64,000 nucleotides of DNA, from NCBI GenBank assembly GCA_963575745.1, contig CAUYUJ010000037.1, positions 62,001-126,000 of the forward strand, written 5' to 3'. Position 1 is the first letter of the stretch. Every line of letters begins with the position of its first letter. Position numbers and translations under genes: made by a program. Source of the stretch: Prorocentrum cordatum (Eukaryota). The notes under the pieces are model-generated. The model was not told the origin of the DNA. It saw only the letters and a program-made list of their open reading frames with translations, and did no database searches. Below are positions 39,160 to 52,795 of the stretch, piece after piece.

Positions 39160-42100
39160 GTGAGAGAGCTAATCTGGGAGCTCGGGACGATGCTCTTCTT
39201 CTTCTCGTCACTAAACTTGACCGCCTCGTGGTCGTAACGCATCTGAACGCCTATTACGCTGAGGATGAGCTCTCAGCCACTGCTGCCCTCGGTCATGGGG
39301 TCGGCCCGCAGGTCCCGAGCGTCGCACCAGAGCAGGTCCTGGATTTGCGCGGCGCGAAACTGGTCTGCCAACCACCATGGGTGACCAGCCACGCTCCTCT
39401 CGGACGGCCGCGCTGGATCCACGAGCAGGGCGCCGAAGACGGACATGCCATCGATAACGAGATCTGCAGGGATCGCGCAAGCCCCATCCTCTCCCAATCT
39501 CCAAATCTCCTCGGCAAATGCGGGGCCGCATACCATCTCGCGCACGAAGAGGAGGCACGCCTGTCGCCCATCGGATGGACCGCGGGCCGCGAGCAGCGCT
39601 GAGCCGAACGAGCATCTGCATACCAGCTGGCACGATCGGCCCACTGCGCCCAACAAGCGGCACGCCCATTTGCCAGCTCGGCGGCGCCTGCCGAGACGCG
39701 CGCACACGACCCCTTGCACGCCGCACCCCGTCTCCCCCACCTCCCTCTTGAACGGCCCGTCGCTGTGCACGCCGGGTCGCCCAGCGCACCCCATGGCTCG
39801 CAGTGCGATGCGCGGCCTGCTCTGCATGGCCAGAGCGACTGAGCCGGGTTGAATCACGCGCCGGGTGAGCTGCTTGCTCTCGGCCATCTGCAGGGCGACA
39901 ACGCACGCTGCGACTTGGCGCTGCCCCAGCAGCGCGTAGGCCGCTGCCCACGGGAAGAGAGCAAGAGGTTTGCCAGCTGACCTCCGGCCGCCTCGCCAGC
40001 CTTGGCCTTGACCAAGGCGAAGTGCCTGATCGGCATCAGGGCGTTGAAAAGCTCGTCCTGGTCGGGCGTCACGGTGCCATTGGCATTGCGGCGCTGATTC
40101 AATCAGCAGTGGGTAAGATCGCCACGGTCACCTTCCATCTTGCCGAAGACGCTCTCGACGCAGCGGATCAGCCAGTCGACGCGCCCCTTGCGCCCAGCGA
40201 TCTTCAAGTCGTCAACGCGCCTAGACAACGCGAGCACTAGCTCCATACAACCTTCGGCGAAACAGGCGCCGACCGATGGGCCCCACGGATGCGATGTAGC
40301 AGAGGGGGCAAACAAGGGAACGGCCGCGTTGGACCCCACCTGCCCCCCCACAAGACGCCCCCGCACTCCGGCGGGCGCGCGACCCGGGCGAGCTTCTTGG
40401 AGAAGGCTCGGGGCCCGTCCTTGCAGCCCGCGCCTGGTCCGATGCAAAGCGGGCACTCGGTCCGCTCGTCGAAGCTCTTGTAGCCGGGTACATGCCTGAG
40501 GATGGCTGCGCTGCCAGGCTGCAGGGCGACGTTCGCTCCGCAGGAAGCTTGACCTTGTTCCTGCATCTCGGCGCATGTCATGCCCCGCAGGAACACCTTC
40601 TCGGTGCCCAAGGCGACGCGCGCCCAGTCTGGGCGACGCGCCGCCTCCGAGGGCAGCAGGAGCTGCGGCGCCTGCTCGCAGCCCCAGCGAACGCCCCCAG
40701 AACTCCGGCGCTCACGTCGCGGATGCCCCCCAGCGCCATGCGACGCCAGGGGATCCGGACAGTCTTGTCGTCTGATCCCTTCCAGCACTTCCACTTGAAG
40801 ACCTGTCTGGGGCGCATCACGTTTGGGGCGCCGGCGAACGGTCACCTCTCGAAGCACGTGCACTTAAACCAAATGGTGAGATCTCCGAGGATGGCCGCTG
40901 CGACCTCCTCCGACAGCCTCTGCACTTCTGCGTTGCTCAGAAAGTCAGCGCGGCGCGTGATGTCCTCGGTCTTGACGACGGCATAAATGTTAAGCGCGGC
41001 TGTCTGGGGAGCGCCAACGACAAAGTCACCAGACGCTGCCTCGTCGAAACTCAATAAGGCTTCACCAACCCCTGGGTCAAGGCTCAAATCCACATGCCCC
41101 CCTGCTTCGCCCTCTTCCTCCTCTAGCGCAGAGCAGTCGTCCAAGGAGGCCCCGCGCAGGTCATAGCGGCACTGCGCGCGAAGGCTCCGGCGCCGGCGCT
41201 GCGTCTCGAGGCGCCAGGGCCACTCGCGGGGCCCGCGGCCATGGCCGGGCCAGGGAAGTCGCTGTCGGTGGCTGACAGGGCCGCAGATGGACCTCCCTCG
41301 GCGGTGCCGGCGGCGCCCTCGGGAACGTCGATGACACGACCATCGAAAGATCCGTCTGAATTTTGCCCGACTTCTGTTACCGGCAGTGTTTCGTCACCCA
41401 GGATCAACTGACTGATGCGAGCTTCCTTCCAATGCTCGCCGATAAAATGATAAACGTCGAACGTGACGCCGACGACGCGAATCTGCTGGAACTCACTCGG
41501 GTTCTGAGGGGGCCACCAAATAGCCACGCTACGGACGCAAACCAGCCAATGCCCCACAGATGTCTGGCCGCACATCAGGCGCGCGGCACGAACGTCTGGC
41601 GACTGAAAGCATCTGCGGGACAGATGGCGTAGAGATTCGAGGATGCTGGGGCGCCGCCGGGTCTGCGCGGTGATCTGCACGCCCCATCGCGGCATCCCAA
41701 TTACCGAAGGTCCTGGCCCCACAGCCTGGTGCGATATGCTCCTGGACGTCCTCCACGCCGTCCCGGGCCAGGCCTGCTCGCGCCAGGCCCGTGCCCACGT
41801 CGTCTACGACGGCGCCGAAACAAGGCCGCGGTTGCTGTTTGCTTTCCATATCAGCTCGGCATTACTTCACTGCGAACCTTGCCTCGAGCTGGTTCCAGAT
41901 ATATGACCGCCCCAGGGATGGCCCAGCCCGACATGTCCTCTGTGCTCGGGAGCCTGCGGATCTCAACCTGGTCGCCAACGTTGAAGCGACCATCCCTAGG
42001 CTCGGCGGCGCGGGCCCAGAGTGCGCGGCTGACGCGCGAGATCAACGTGGCCTCGACTGCGCGTTGCAAAACGATCCCTCGGACGCGCCACAGCAGTCGG

Positions 42101-42740
42101 CTGGGCTGCACTTCTCCGCCGGCAGAAGGACCGGCACCGTTGCCACAGGCACTAGACACCTCACTCTCTTCCCCCATTTCGACCAGCGGCAACATAGACG
42201 GCTGCCGTCCGAAAGCGACTCTGCACGGTGCAACGCCGCCCACGCGGGCGAGACTGCTGCCAGCAAACATAGCATGAGCTAGCAAAGACTCGAAATTCGC
42301 CGCGATGCCTTTGCGCTCCAGATGCTCTTCTGCGGCACGAAGCGCACGTCGACGCATGGAACCACGTCGCTCGATGAATCGAGCTTGCTGACGAGGAGCC
42401 CGCATATCCACTTGTACCTCTCGCCTCTTCACCTCCTCCACAACTACGCAGAGGTCACCCCACCTTCGCCGCCCACTACAATTGAACAATTGGAACCATC
42501 GCACCGAACAGCTGACGCCATGAACGGTCGGTAGCGGGAAGCAGCGTCGAGCCGCTCTTGGATGTGATATCCTGGCCACTGCGCTGCCGTGAGGCACAGC
42601 AGATCAAGCGCATAAGCATGAGGTCCTCGTACTGGTTGAATCGCGTCGAGAGGCGGAGTGCAGCGATGGTGCAAGCTCGTTGGCCACCGCGGAGACGAAG
42701 TCAAAAATACGTTGGATCTCTGATGAGCCCCAAAATTTGC
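39160..42740 (-). pseudogene. Decayed Ty1/copia pol: integrase, RT, RNase H
   Basis: IN: TRFNQYEDLML..., RAPRQQARFIERRG, FGRQPSMLP, FNVGDQVEIRR. RT: VFKWK..RRMALGGIRD, PGAGCKDGPRAFSKKL, RVDDLKIAG (~40208-40219). RNaseH: HSDGPFKRE, WCDARDLRADPMTEG. The IN-RT-RH order is copia-type. Confidence 0.9.
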
Positions 42741-42744
42741 AGTC

Positions 42745-45700
42745 GTCAACGCACACTGTCAAGAAGAGCTTCAATGCCGGTCGACAGCGGCGGCTTCGCC
42801 ACGAAGTAGTGGGCCCGAAGACCTACGAGAGCCCATGCGCTCGCACGGATGCTTCCAGTAACTTCCAGCATCGGGGCGACCGCAGAGTGCCAACCGAAAT
42901 GGGCATAAAAGGTCGCGCATTCCAGCCCAACTGTCGGGCAACGCCCCCCTGGGAAGGCGTGCCCAAGTAGGTGCCCCTCAAAGGAAAGACTGAGCGCACG
43001 CCTGTCGCGCATCATCGCGTCGAATGTCGCGCCCAGGAAAGATGCCATAGGCGCCCGCAGCTCTGCTGGCCTGCGCACTTGCAGGGCACCACGACAACTC
43101 TTGAAATAAAGCCACAGCTTGATCCTAATCGACGATGTCTGACCCGTCGAAAATGACACGCCTTTGAATTTCTGTTTTACACGGCCCTCTGAGAGCCCGG
43201 CGTTCTTTCCGACAGAAATGGCAAGCAGGCGCCCGACATGGAATGCGTTGCTTCCCATCGTCTCGCGCACCTTGCTGAATGCGCAGCACCATCCGCCACT
43301 GGTAGAGTGCATGCTGGAAGCGCGGCCCTGCATCCCCTGACGCGCTCCACTGCCGCCCCATTTCCAATAATCACGGGCTTGCCTCCGCCCACGCCCCCCA
43401 GCTTTAGCTTCCGCCTTTCCTTTGGACTTCCCTTGCCCCGCCCTGCCCCTCGCCGAGCCCCTGCCCCCGCCCACCACGCGTGGTCGGGGCCGTGGCCAGG
43501 CAAGAACACTTTTTTCATCTCCCTGTAGAAATGCCCCTGCATGGACGGGCGAACAGATCTGCGGGGCCTGTCCTTCTCATTCATTCATAAGATCACCCAG
43601 TCGCCACGGAAGCGAGGGAGATCGGCGCCTGCGCCCCTGCCCGCGCCACGGACCCCGGTGTCCATCTTGCCCGAGCACGCGCGCGCCTGACTGAGATCCT
43701 CTCGGGCGGTCACACGCACGGCAATGATGCGCAATATCGAACATCATTTCAGCATCTTCTCCATCGGCATGGCAGCGTCGCATGGACCGGACCTCGCATG
43801 CGAAAATCGAAAGGAAGATATGGGGCCCTTGGCGACCCCGTCGGTCTCACGCACGAGGTCTGAGGCCACCGCGAGGTAGAGGCGCCCGAAGGGCCCCAAG
43901 TCCTCGAGGGCCTCGGCCATCACTTTCGCGACCTCGAGTGCACCTGCGGCGGCCCCCCAGCAGGGCGAACACGGTGCAACGCGCCTGCTGGCGCTCTTGC
44001 TCGGTTTGCGGGCACCCTGCCACGTCTGGCACGGGGTCAAAGACCCCTCCTGCATTGCCGGCGACATTCCAATCTGCCACGGCGCCAGGCGCCCCGCTGG
44101 GGAAGGCGTCGCCACCGCCACCGTCCGAGGATGGATCTCCAGGCGGTCCGTTGAACCTGCCTCGGCGTCTCTCGCGCTCACCCCCCTCATCTTCATCGGA
44201 CGGCTCGCAGAAGCCATCCTCCGAATCGCCATCGGAAGAATCGGGGCCGTCATCATCAGGGACGGCGCCGTCAGCTGGCGGGCCAGACCCAGGCGATCAC
44301 TTCTCGGGCCCTCGGCGGTCGCGACTCGACATCGCCCTCTCCCTGGAACGCGCTGCCATCACCACCGTCTCCGCCGCGCGGCTTCTCGGGACCAGGTGGA
44401 GTGCCGCCTGGAGGAAAGGTGGCAGAACTGCCCGGGCACGTTCAGCTTTCCTCTCGCCCTGCCAGAGACGCCCAGCCCCCCGCGGCCGCCCCCCACTTCG
44501 CCCCCCCCAACCCCGGATTCGAAGCTTGTCGGCGGCATCGGTTTCTGATCACTTCGCAGCCCAAAGTTCCAGGCGCCCGGCATTCTCTTCCATCCTCGGG
44601 GCTTCTGCGTCGGCGCGGCCCCCCATGCCCCGCATCGCGCGCGCAGGCGTGTCAGCGAGCCGCCGGCGCTCAGCCTTCGCAGCGTTCTCGAAGGCCCCGA
44701 GCCTCTTCAAGGCCTCGGCTTCAGCCTTCTGCAATACCGTCCGGTCCGAGGCCCTCGCAACATAGCTGCGAAACACCTCTGGCGCTAGCGGGCAATCGAA
44801 CGGTCCTGCTCCGGACAGGGTCTGCGATGCGACGCGCCCCATCGAGCTCTCGCCTGTCTTCATGATCCCCCACTTCTTCTGTCATGCCCCATCTCAGCCC
44901 CACATCCATTATTGGCCAGATCCTCACTGCACGAGACGCATCGCCACTAGAGAGCGTCGGAGCGACGGGCGCAGCGGGGCTTGTTGCATCGGACGCAGTC
45001 GTACTCTGCGGGCGATCGACAAGCGGCACTATAGTCCGCACTGCGACGTTGCTGCGCAGCGCTCGGCCCCGCCTTTAACTGCGCGACCGCGGGCGTAGCC
45101 GCGGTCTTCGTCGGTCCTCGATTCGCCCGGGGAAAGTGCTGTTGTAGCTGTTGTCCCACATGATGTTCTGCATGTTCTCGATAAAGCTACCCGCGCCACG
45201 CTTCCGAAGCCCTCGCGGACTGCCCAGTCCGTAGCTGGGCGCGACGAGCCGCGGCAAGAGCCTCCTGGATCGCCCGCTGCTCAACGCGTTCAGCCCTTTC
45301 CTCAGCCGCTCGAACCCCCGCAGCTGCTCGAACATCGTTCGCGCGGGCTGCGTTGGCGAACGCCTGCACCTACGCGCGGGCGTCGGCGATTTGGCTCGCG
45401 GCGCCCCCCGCTGCCACCATGCTCTCTGCCGCGGCCCCCTGCGCAGCGGCCTCGGCGGCCCCCCTGCCCGCCCCAGCTTTTCGGATCGCCTCGCGGGCCC
45501 CCGCTGGCACACGCAAGCCGCCTGCCTTCACCGCCCCGAGTTCCTCGGCGACACCCGCCGCGACGGCCTCCCGGGCCTGGCCCCCTCGGCGACGTTATCC
45601 TCGAGATCCTGGACGCGCTTCTCATCGGCGGCGCAGGCCTCCACCTCGCCGGCCAGCTCGCGCAATTCAGCCGTCGCCCGCTGCGCTTGCTCGGAGGCAG

Positions 45701-46950
45701 CGGCCCGCTGCTTTCGCCCGATGTCCCCCAGGGCTCAGACCATCGAGGCGCGGTCCGCCTTGCACTATCTGCCCCTCAACCTGCGCCAGCTCCAAGTCCC
45801 TCTCCGCGATCGCGGCCACGCGCTTCCTCTCTTCCGGCCGCCCCCACCCCTGCCCCCCGCGGGCCACAGAATTGCGAGATGACGGAGGGGCGCACTCTGG
45901 ACAGAGGAACATTGGGTTCCAATGGGGAAAATTGAACGAGCGCCCTCGGCACTCAGGCCCCGGGCATCGACCGCGGCCCCCCGGGCAGCACCTCTCGGGG
46001 ATCGGCGCGCATGCGGGGCCAGGGTTCGCACAAGGCCTCTGAATGCGCAAGCTCGACACTTTCTCACGCGCCGCCCGAGCCGACGAATTCGAAGTGCCCG
46101 AGTCCCCGACCGCCCTGCTGCGACCCAGCGCCACGAATCTCTCGCGAGCAAGTACGCGGCACTGGCTTTCTCATGGAACCCCACACCAAGCCGCAGGCAC
46201 GCGATACTCTAAGCGAGGGCGCCGTCGGGCGCGGTGATTCGGGAACGAAGTTCCCGAAATCGCCCCCCGAATCAGGCAGCAAGGCCTCTTCTGGGGCACC
46301 GCCTGTCTTCGATCGTTTTCCGATCGGCGGGGTCACCGATGGATCGACTATCTCACGAACTTGTTTCATGGCGGGCGCTGTCGGCCCCATAGCTGCAATC
46401 GGCACAAGAGAAATAGCCTTGGGGAGGGAGTCGAGCCCCTTCCACAGACCCAAGCGTTGCGACCATCACCATGGCCGATGGCTGGCGCAGCTCGGGACGA
46501 GAGGTTTCGACAACATAGCTATCGAGAGCATGTGGCTCATCATGATGTGTACCCGTGCCGGCAGACCCAGACGACGGCCCAGTATCATAGATACCAAAAC
46601 CGTCGCGTGGATGTTGCCCGGTCACGGCATCTTGAGCCGCCCAACAGCGTTCCGATTTCACGGGCACATCGGCTTCCGATGATACGGTGGCCGCGCCATC
46701 GGAGGAGTCGGAATGAATCATGTAGGCCTGGTTGATAGAGGCAGATAATAGCGCCCTCGGAGGGGTGCTGCTCCCGTACCACTCTTCGTCGGCCTGCGCC
46801 ATCGCGTTGGCCGCCCGCGGGGTGTCCATGCGGCCACCGACTCTACCCGTTGACGACTTGTCGTTCTTTGATGAATCCAGCTCACTGGGATCCTGCAGAG
46901 GACTCGAAGCGGAACCACCAAAGTAGTCAGCGGGAACCGTCTCGAGTATC
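42745..46950 (-). pseudogene. Second, different copia-like element: gag-like region joined to a partial RT, with protease and integrase not seen
   Basis: RT: FHVGRLLAISVGKN..KFKG/RVIFDGSDIVD*DQAVALFQELSWCPA..PTWARLPR..CPFRLALCGRPDAGSYW (~42850-43260). Upstream QGHFYREMKK, a GKSKGK tract and acidic/coiled-coil fragments. 5' limit uncertain. Confidence 0.65.
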
Positions 46951-47639
46951 ACTTTTCCATTCCTTCTAAGCCATGACGACTGTCATGAAGAGCGGGCCCG
47001 GCTCTGGTTTTCATGATTTTGTATTTGTCCGGGTCCGTATCCATCTCTGTTTATATGGCCACCTCATCCCCGACACGTGTGACATAGTCACGAGATCCCG
47101 CGGCGAGTACATGGGCTGATAAACAGCAGTTTGCCTAGATGTGTCTAAGTTGGGGATATCCTCGTTGATAGGCCAGTGTTCTGGGTGAGATCCTGCTTCT
47201 CCTGGATGCACTTGAATACTGTTCGCTTGCGGTCTCACATCTAGCTTCGGCAATGCGGACCTCCTTGACGACATGGCAGTAAAAGTCCGTAGAGTCTTAC
47301 GCGTACTAAGAGGAATGTATGCGTTGTGGGTCGGCCGGCCGAGGGGAGGAGGCCGGGCGGGGCGCACGCGCGGGCCCTCTCCTGTCAAGCACGCAGGCAC
47401 AGCTGCTGCGTATGAGTGTTCATCTCTCTGACGTCAACCATGCTGTGGGCACGGTGGCGTAAATGAAGAAAAGAGGGCAAGGAGAGTGTTGGTAATAACT
47501 CGAGCTCCACGAACTCCGTGAACTGCCTGAGGACCTTCCAGAATGCAAATGAATTATTGTAGGAACCTCTGAAAAGGGAATTTGCAGGGCTTATTGCAAC
47601 ATCGTGGATGCGTCCTGGATTTAAACTGGTTATCATCCT

Positions 47640-47717
47640 TCCTCCTCTTCTCCGCCTCCTCCTCCTCCTCCTCTTCCTCCTCATCATCATCATCATCATC
47701 ACCATCACCATCATCAC

Positions 47718-47780
<63 letters not shown>

Positions 47781-47920
47781 TATCATCATCATCATCCGCC
47801 TTTTCTTCCTCCTCCTCCTCCTCCGCCTCCGCATCCTCCTCTTCCGCCTCCTCTTCCTCCTCCCCCGCATCCTCCTCCAACTCCTCCTCCGCCTCCGCCT
47901 CCGCCTCCGCCTCCTCCCTC
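47640..47920 (+). repeat. (CCT)n/(CAT)n trinucleotide field
   Basis: Direct reading. Confidence 0.95.
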
Positions 47921-48654
47921 ATCACCCCTGCTCGTTCTTCACGCCCGCCGTCATCCCTGCACCCAGGAGGGGGAGCGGCCCGGCGTCCTGGGACTGCGCA
48001 GGTCTGCGGAAGTGCTCGACGAACTCTGCGTAGTAGACGCGCGGGTGTCCACCTCCGTCCAACGCCCTGCTCCCTCCTCCCTCGTCCCCCACCCCCTGCT
48101 CCTCAATCTCCCCCTGCTCCGCTCCTCCTCTTCGTCCCCCTAACCCTCCTCCCTCGCCCTACTCCACCCTTCTTCCCCCTGCACACTCCTCCCTCGCCCT
48201 CATCCGCACTTCCTCCCTCGGCTTCCTTTCTCCACCTCCTTCCACCCTGTCGTTCCTTCTCCTCCTCCTCATCCTCCTTCTCATCAGCATCCTCTCCTTA
48301 TCGCTACCATTCATTGTATTAACGTTTGCGTTATTCGTAATATGATTATTGTTGTTATTGTTGGTGCTGATATGTTCAGTCGTATCATGGTCAGGCCTGT
48401 TATAACCATCTGTTCGCTGACATATCACTGCTGGCAATATTATTTTACTGTTCGTATCAGCGCAATACTGTTGTTGTGATTGGCATTGCTCTTGTTAGTA
48501 ATCGTCGTGTTATTGGTCTTCTTTGTCGTATGCAGACTAGTCGTGGTAGTATTACTAATATGGTTCGTAGCGTTGCTGCTCTTCTGAATAGTAGTACTAA
48601 TATTGAAACGACTCATCGTAGTACGATTAGTCTGAATATGCTCCTCCTACTCTT

Positions 48655-48744
<90 letters not shown>

Positions 48745-48843
48745 NNNNNNNNNNNNNNNNNNNNNNNNNNNNNNNNNNNNNNNNNNNNNNNNNNNNNNNN
48801 NNNNNNNNNNNNNNNNNNNNNNNNNNNNNNNNNNNNNNNNNNN
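48655..48843. other. (CTA)n tract running into a ~100-N assembly gap
   Basis: N run at ~48744-48843. Confidence 0.98.
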
Positions 48844-48849
48844 NTTCCC

Positions 48850-49205
48850 ACCATTGTCCCCACCACTGTCCCCACCACTACCGTCCCCACCACTGTCCCA
48901 CTGTCCCACTGTCCCCACCACTGTCCCGCTGTCACCTCACCACTGTCCCCACCAACACCGTCCCCACCACTGTCCGCACCCCCACTCGGTTTTCCAGGGG
49001 GGGGGGTTCGAACCGGTAGTGACCCACCCACCCCGGTTTTCGAGGGGGATGGGGAGGGGGGGGGGTTCGAACTGGTAGTGACCCCCCCCCTTTTCATGAT
49101 GAACTGGGGGGGGGGGAGGGGTTCGAACCGGTAGTGATCCCCCCCCGGTTTTCCAGAGGGGGGGGGGAGGGGTTCGAACCGGTAGTGACCCCCCCCCGGT
49201 TTTCC
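48850..49205 (+). repeat. ccactgtccc repeats followed by four quasi-palindromic G-run-ttcgaaccggtagtga-C-run units
   Basis: Direct reading. Confidence 0.85.
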
Positions 49206-49231
49206 GCCAGCAGCGGTAGAACACGCTCTTT

Positions 49232-49747
49232 CATATATATATATATATATATACATACATACACACATCTGCATACATATGCACGTACATTATTACATGC
49301 ATGCATTCGAACATGCATACATGCATACAGGCATACATGCATGCATGCATACATACCTGCATACATGCATACATACATACATGCAAACAAACATACACAC
49401 TGTTATGCATATATGCATACATACATGCATGCGTATATGCATGCATACATGCATAACACTAGATGCATTACAAATCTACATGAGATGCATACATACACTT
49501 ATACATACCTACATCCATACATGCCTACACACATACATATACACATACATTCATACATTCGTACACACATGCGCACGTGTATGCATGCATACATACATAT
49601 CTACACTAATGCATGCATGCATACATACATACGTGAATACGTGCGTGTACACATATATACATATAAGTGTACATTCACACATGCACACGTACATATATAC
49701 ATACATGGATACAGACATACATACATACATACATACATGCATGCATG

Positions 49748-49779
<32 letters not shown>

Positions 49780-49898
49780 CATACATACATACATATATAC
49801 ATACATACATACATACGTACATACATACATACATACATACATGCATACATACATACATACATACATACATACATACATACATACATACACATATACAC

Positions 49899-49976
<78 letters not shown>

Positions 49977-50160
49977 GTTCATATACATATACATATACAT
50001 ATACATACACACATGCATGCATGCATGCATGCGTGCATGCTTGCATGCGCATGCATGCATGAATACCGACATACATAAATTCAAGCCTTCATATATGCAT
50101 GCATATATACATGTATGCATGCATGCATACATACTTGCAAACATACATATTTACATATGT
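49232..50160 (+). repeat. (CATA)n/(CATG)n/(CATATA)n microsatellite field
   Basis: Direct reading; similar field at 53970-54200. Confidence 0.97.
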
Positions 50161-50519
50161 GATATATCCTGGGGAAGGACCCAACCGGGTGCAGTTTTGG
50201 GTACCGCCGTTATAAGCATCGCTTTCGGTTGATCTCTTTGCGGGGCCACGGAGCGTGTGAGAGGTGTGCCGAAATGGGGCGGGACCGCCATGCGGGCGCT
50301 GCCGCTGGGGCCTTCGGTGGAGCTCCATGCGAGGCAACGAAACGCGAGAGGGGTGTGCCGACATGGGGCGGGGCCGCCATGCGAACCCTGCCACTGGGCG
50401 ATCGGTGGAGCTCCGTATGGGGCCCTGCAAATGGAAACTTGTATTTGGAGGGCTGAGGCAGGGATGGGAGGAGGAAGGGAGCAGGGGGGGGGAGGAGAGG
50501 AGAGGAGAGGACTGCGGGA

Positions 50520-51980
50520 AGATATCTCTTAAATCCTTAACAGAAACCCCTTTGGAAGGACTACTTCATAAGGGATCAGTAGGGAGAAAAGTCCGTCGAA
50601 CCGGAGTCTGACAGGCCAGATTTTCAGACAAGCTCATTCCTAAGGAAGCCTTGTTGGAGAATCCTTAGTACGGAATCCTTAGCAAGGAACCCAGAATAAG
50701 GAACCCCATGAATTCGTACAAATAAATCCGTCCCAAGGCATCCTAAGTAAGAAACCCACATTAATGAATCTTTGCTAAGGAATCCTTAGCGAAAAATCCA
50801 TACTGTGTGATCATGACTAAGGGATCCTTACTGGGGAGTCATTAATGCAGAACCGTCTTAAGGGATCAATATTCATGCATCCGTAGTAGAGAACCCTTCC
50901 TGAATTAACACAAAGGGTCCATATTCATGCACCCGTAATAAAGAGTCCGTCCTGAATCTCCCTGTAGAATCCGTAACGAAGATCCCGTTTGCAAATGGAC
51001 CCCGTAAGGAGAAGTATGTACCGAAAAGTCCTTCAGGAGAAAGCCCCTAGATTACCCGTGCTAAGAGATCCTTTCTAAGGAATCCTTACCGCCTGAGCGC
51101 GGCCTGGCTGAATGACAAAGACTGCCATGGGCGCCGCACGAGCGGGCTCGGACCATCAACAATTGTAAAAAGCAGGCAGTTCAGGGCCGAAGGCCAGCAA
51201 ACCCTGTAAATAACAGGTTGCTCAAGTGTTTCATGTGGTCGTGGATCTAATATACTTGAGCGCGCTTATGTCCACGAAAAATGACACCCTCAAAAAACAC
51301 AGAAACAAACAAAAAAGTGTTTTCAATGTGAGCTGGCCCTCTGACCTGAAATAGCATGTATGTTACAGTAGGTGCGGGCCCTTTGGCTTGACAAGAGGCG
51401 CCACGAGCAAGAGAGATCGGGATCCTTCCTAAAGGATCCTTGATGGAGAGTCCGAAATACACAGAATTCTTAATGAGGACTCCTCAATGAGGAATCCTTC
51501 CTGTATCGCCCTCGGCAAAAAGGCCCTCACTGTAGAAACCGTCACGGGTAGTCCTTTTACAAAAACGATTCCTCAATAAGGAATTACTACCGTAGAGTCC
51601 GTCAGAAAAGATCATTACCGAAGAAAGCCCCTCGAGAACTCGTGCTAAGAAATACGTTCTAAAGAACCCTTACTACCTGAGCGCGGCCCGGCTAAATGAC
51701 AAAGCCTCCATAGGGTGCCGCACGAGCGGGCTCGGACCATCAACCGTTGTAACAAACAGGCCTTTCAGGTCCGAGGGCCAGCAAACACTGTCAGTAGCAG
51801 GTTGTTCAGGTTGTTCACATTGTGGTGAATGTATATACCTGGGCGCGCATAGATCCATAAAGCTCTGAAAGCCATGTTTGTTACAGTGTGTGCTGGCCCT
51901 CTGACATGCCAAACTCGACATTTACAATGTTTGCTGACCCTTTGACTCGACAAGAGGCGCCACGAGCAAGAGAGATCAGG
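50520..51980 (+). repeat. AT-rich degenerate aaggaatcctt repeat with a diverged ~584-bp tandem duplication
   Basis: gaaagcccct...cctgagcgcggcc..gccgcacgagcgggctcggaccatcaac at ~51039 and ~51623; gacaagaggcgccacgagcaagagagatc occurs twice. Confidence 0.8.
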
Positions 51981-52257
51981 GATGCAAGACTCTCTCTCTC
52001 TCTCTCTCTTTCTCTCTTTCCCATCCCTCCACCAAAAAAAAACAAAACACCCAGGCCTTTGTACAGCCTGCAGCCCCATCCTCCTCCTGCTCGTCTTGGC
52101 CCTCTTTCTCCTCGCCCTCCTCGTCCTCCTGGGCGCAGGGCGCTGGGTGCTGATGGCATCTGAATCCCCTGGGGATGCTGCCACCCATCTCCTCCTCGTC
52201 GTCCTCCTTTTAGCATCCAGTCGTTTCGCATTTCCTGTCGTCCCCATCCCCAAGCAC

Positions 52258-52378
52258 CCTTTTGGAGCCCTTGCACGACAACCAGATCCTGTAGCCGGCG
52301 AGCCAAACCAGGCTAAGCGTGAGGCCGAAAAGGACGCAGCTAGCGTTCGTGAGCAGGTACGGGGAGCACCAGGAATAC
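52258..52378 (-). CDS. Host gene exon (R)YSWCSPYLLTNASCVLFGLTLSLVWLAGYRIWLSCKGSKR, predicted TM segment
   Basis: aaag|G acceptor; phase 2 matches the upstream exon; donor AGG|gt tentative. Confidence 0.65.
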
Positions 52379-52670
52379 CTTTTGGGGGGGGACGCAGATG
52401 GGAGCGGACAGCGATAATCTACACAACTCGCCTCGCCGACCGTGCAGGCACCTATCACGTTCATCGCATGGCTGTCCTGCGAACGTGGCCAAAACTCTGG
52501 CGCGCATGCCCTAACTTCCGATGAATTGGCCCTCCGAAAGATGTGCAAACCCTCAGAAGTCGCCACTTCACGCTGCACAAGCTTGGTAGCAGCGACATAG
52601 TCACCGGCGGCAGCAGCGCCAGCGGCGGCGGCAGATCGAAGCAGCACGAACAAGACCACCGCGAAGGCAC

Positions 52671-52795
52671 CTCTCCCTCACTTCGGGCATCGAGGCGATC
52701 AGAATACCCATGTAGGCGTTGGCCACCGCAAGCTCGACCAGCAAGATGACGAGCGGGACCATCAAGGGGACCATGGCCGCGGGCAGATTGCTCAC
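52671..52795 (-). CDS. Host gene exon VSNLPAAMVPLMVPLVILLVELAVANAYMGILIASMPEVRE, predicted TM segment
   Basis: caag|G acceptor, AG|gt donor, 125 nt; phases fit both neighbours. Confidence 0.7.

Noticed and set aside
38600..39160. Expected PPT and 3' LTR downstream of the copia RNase H
   Set aside because: No second copy or clear TG..CA boundaries found in the window
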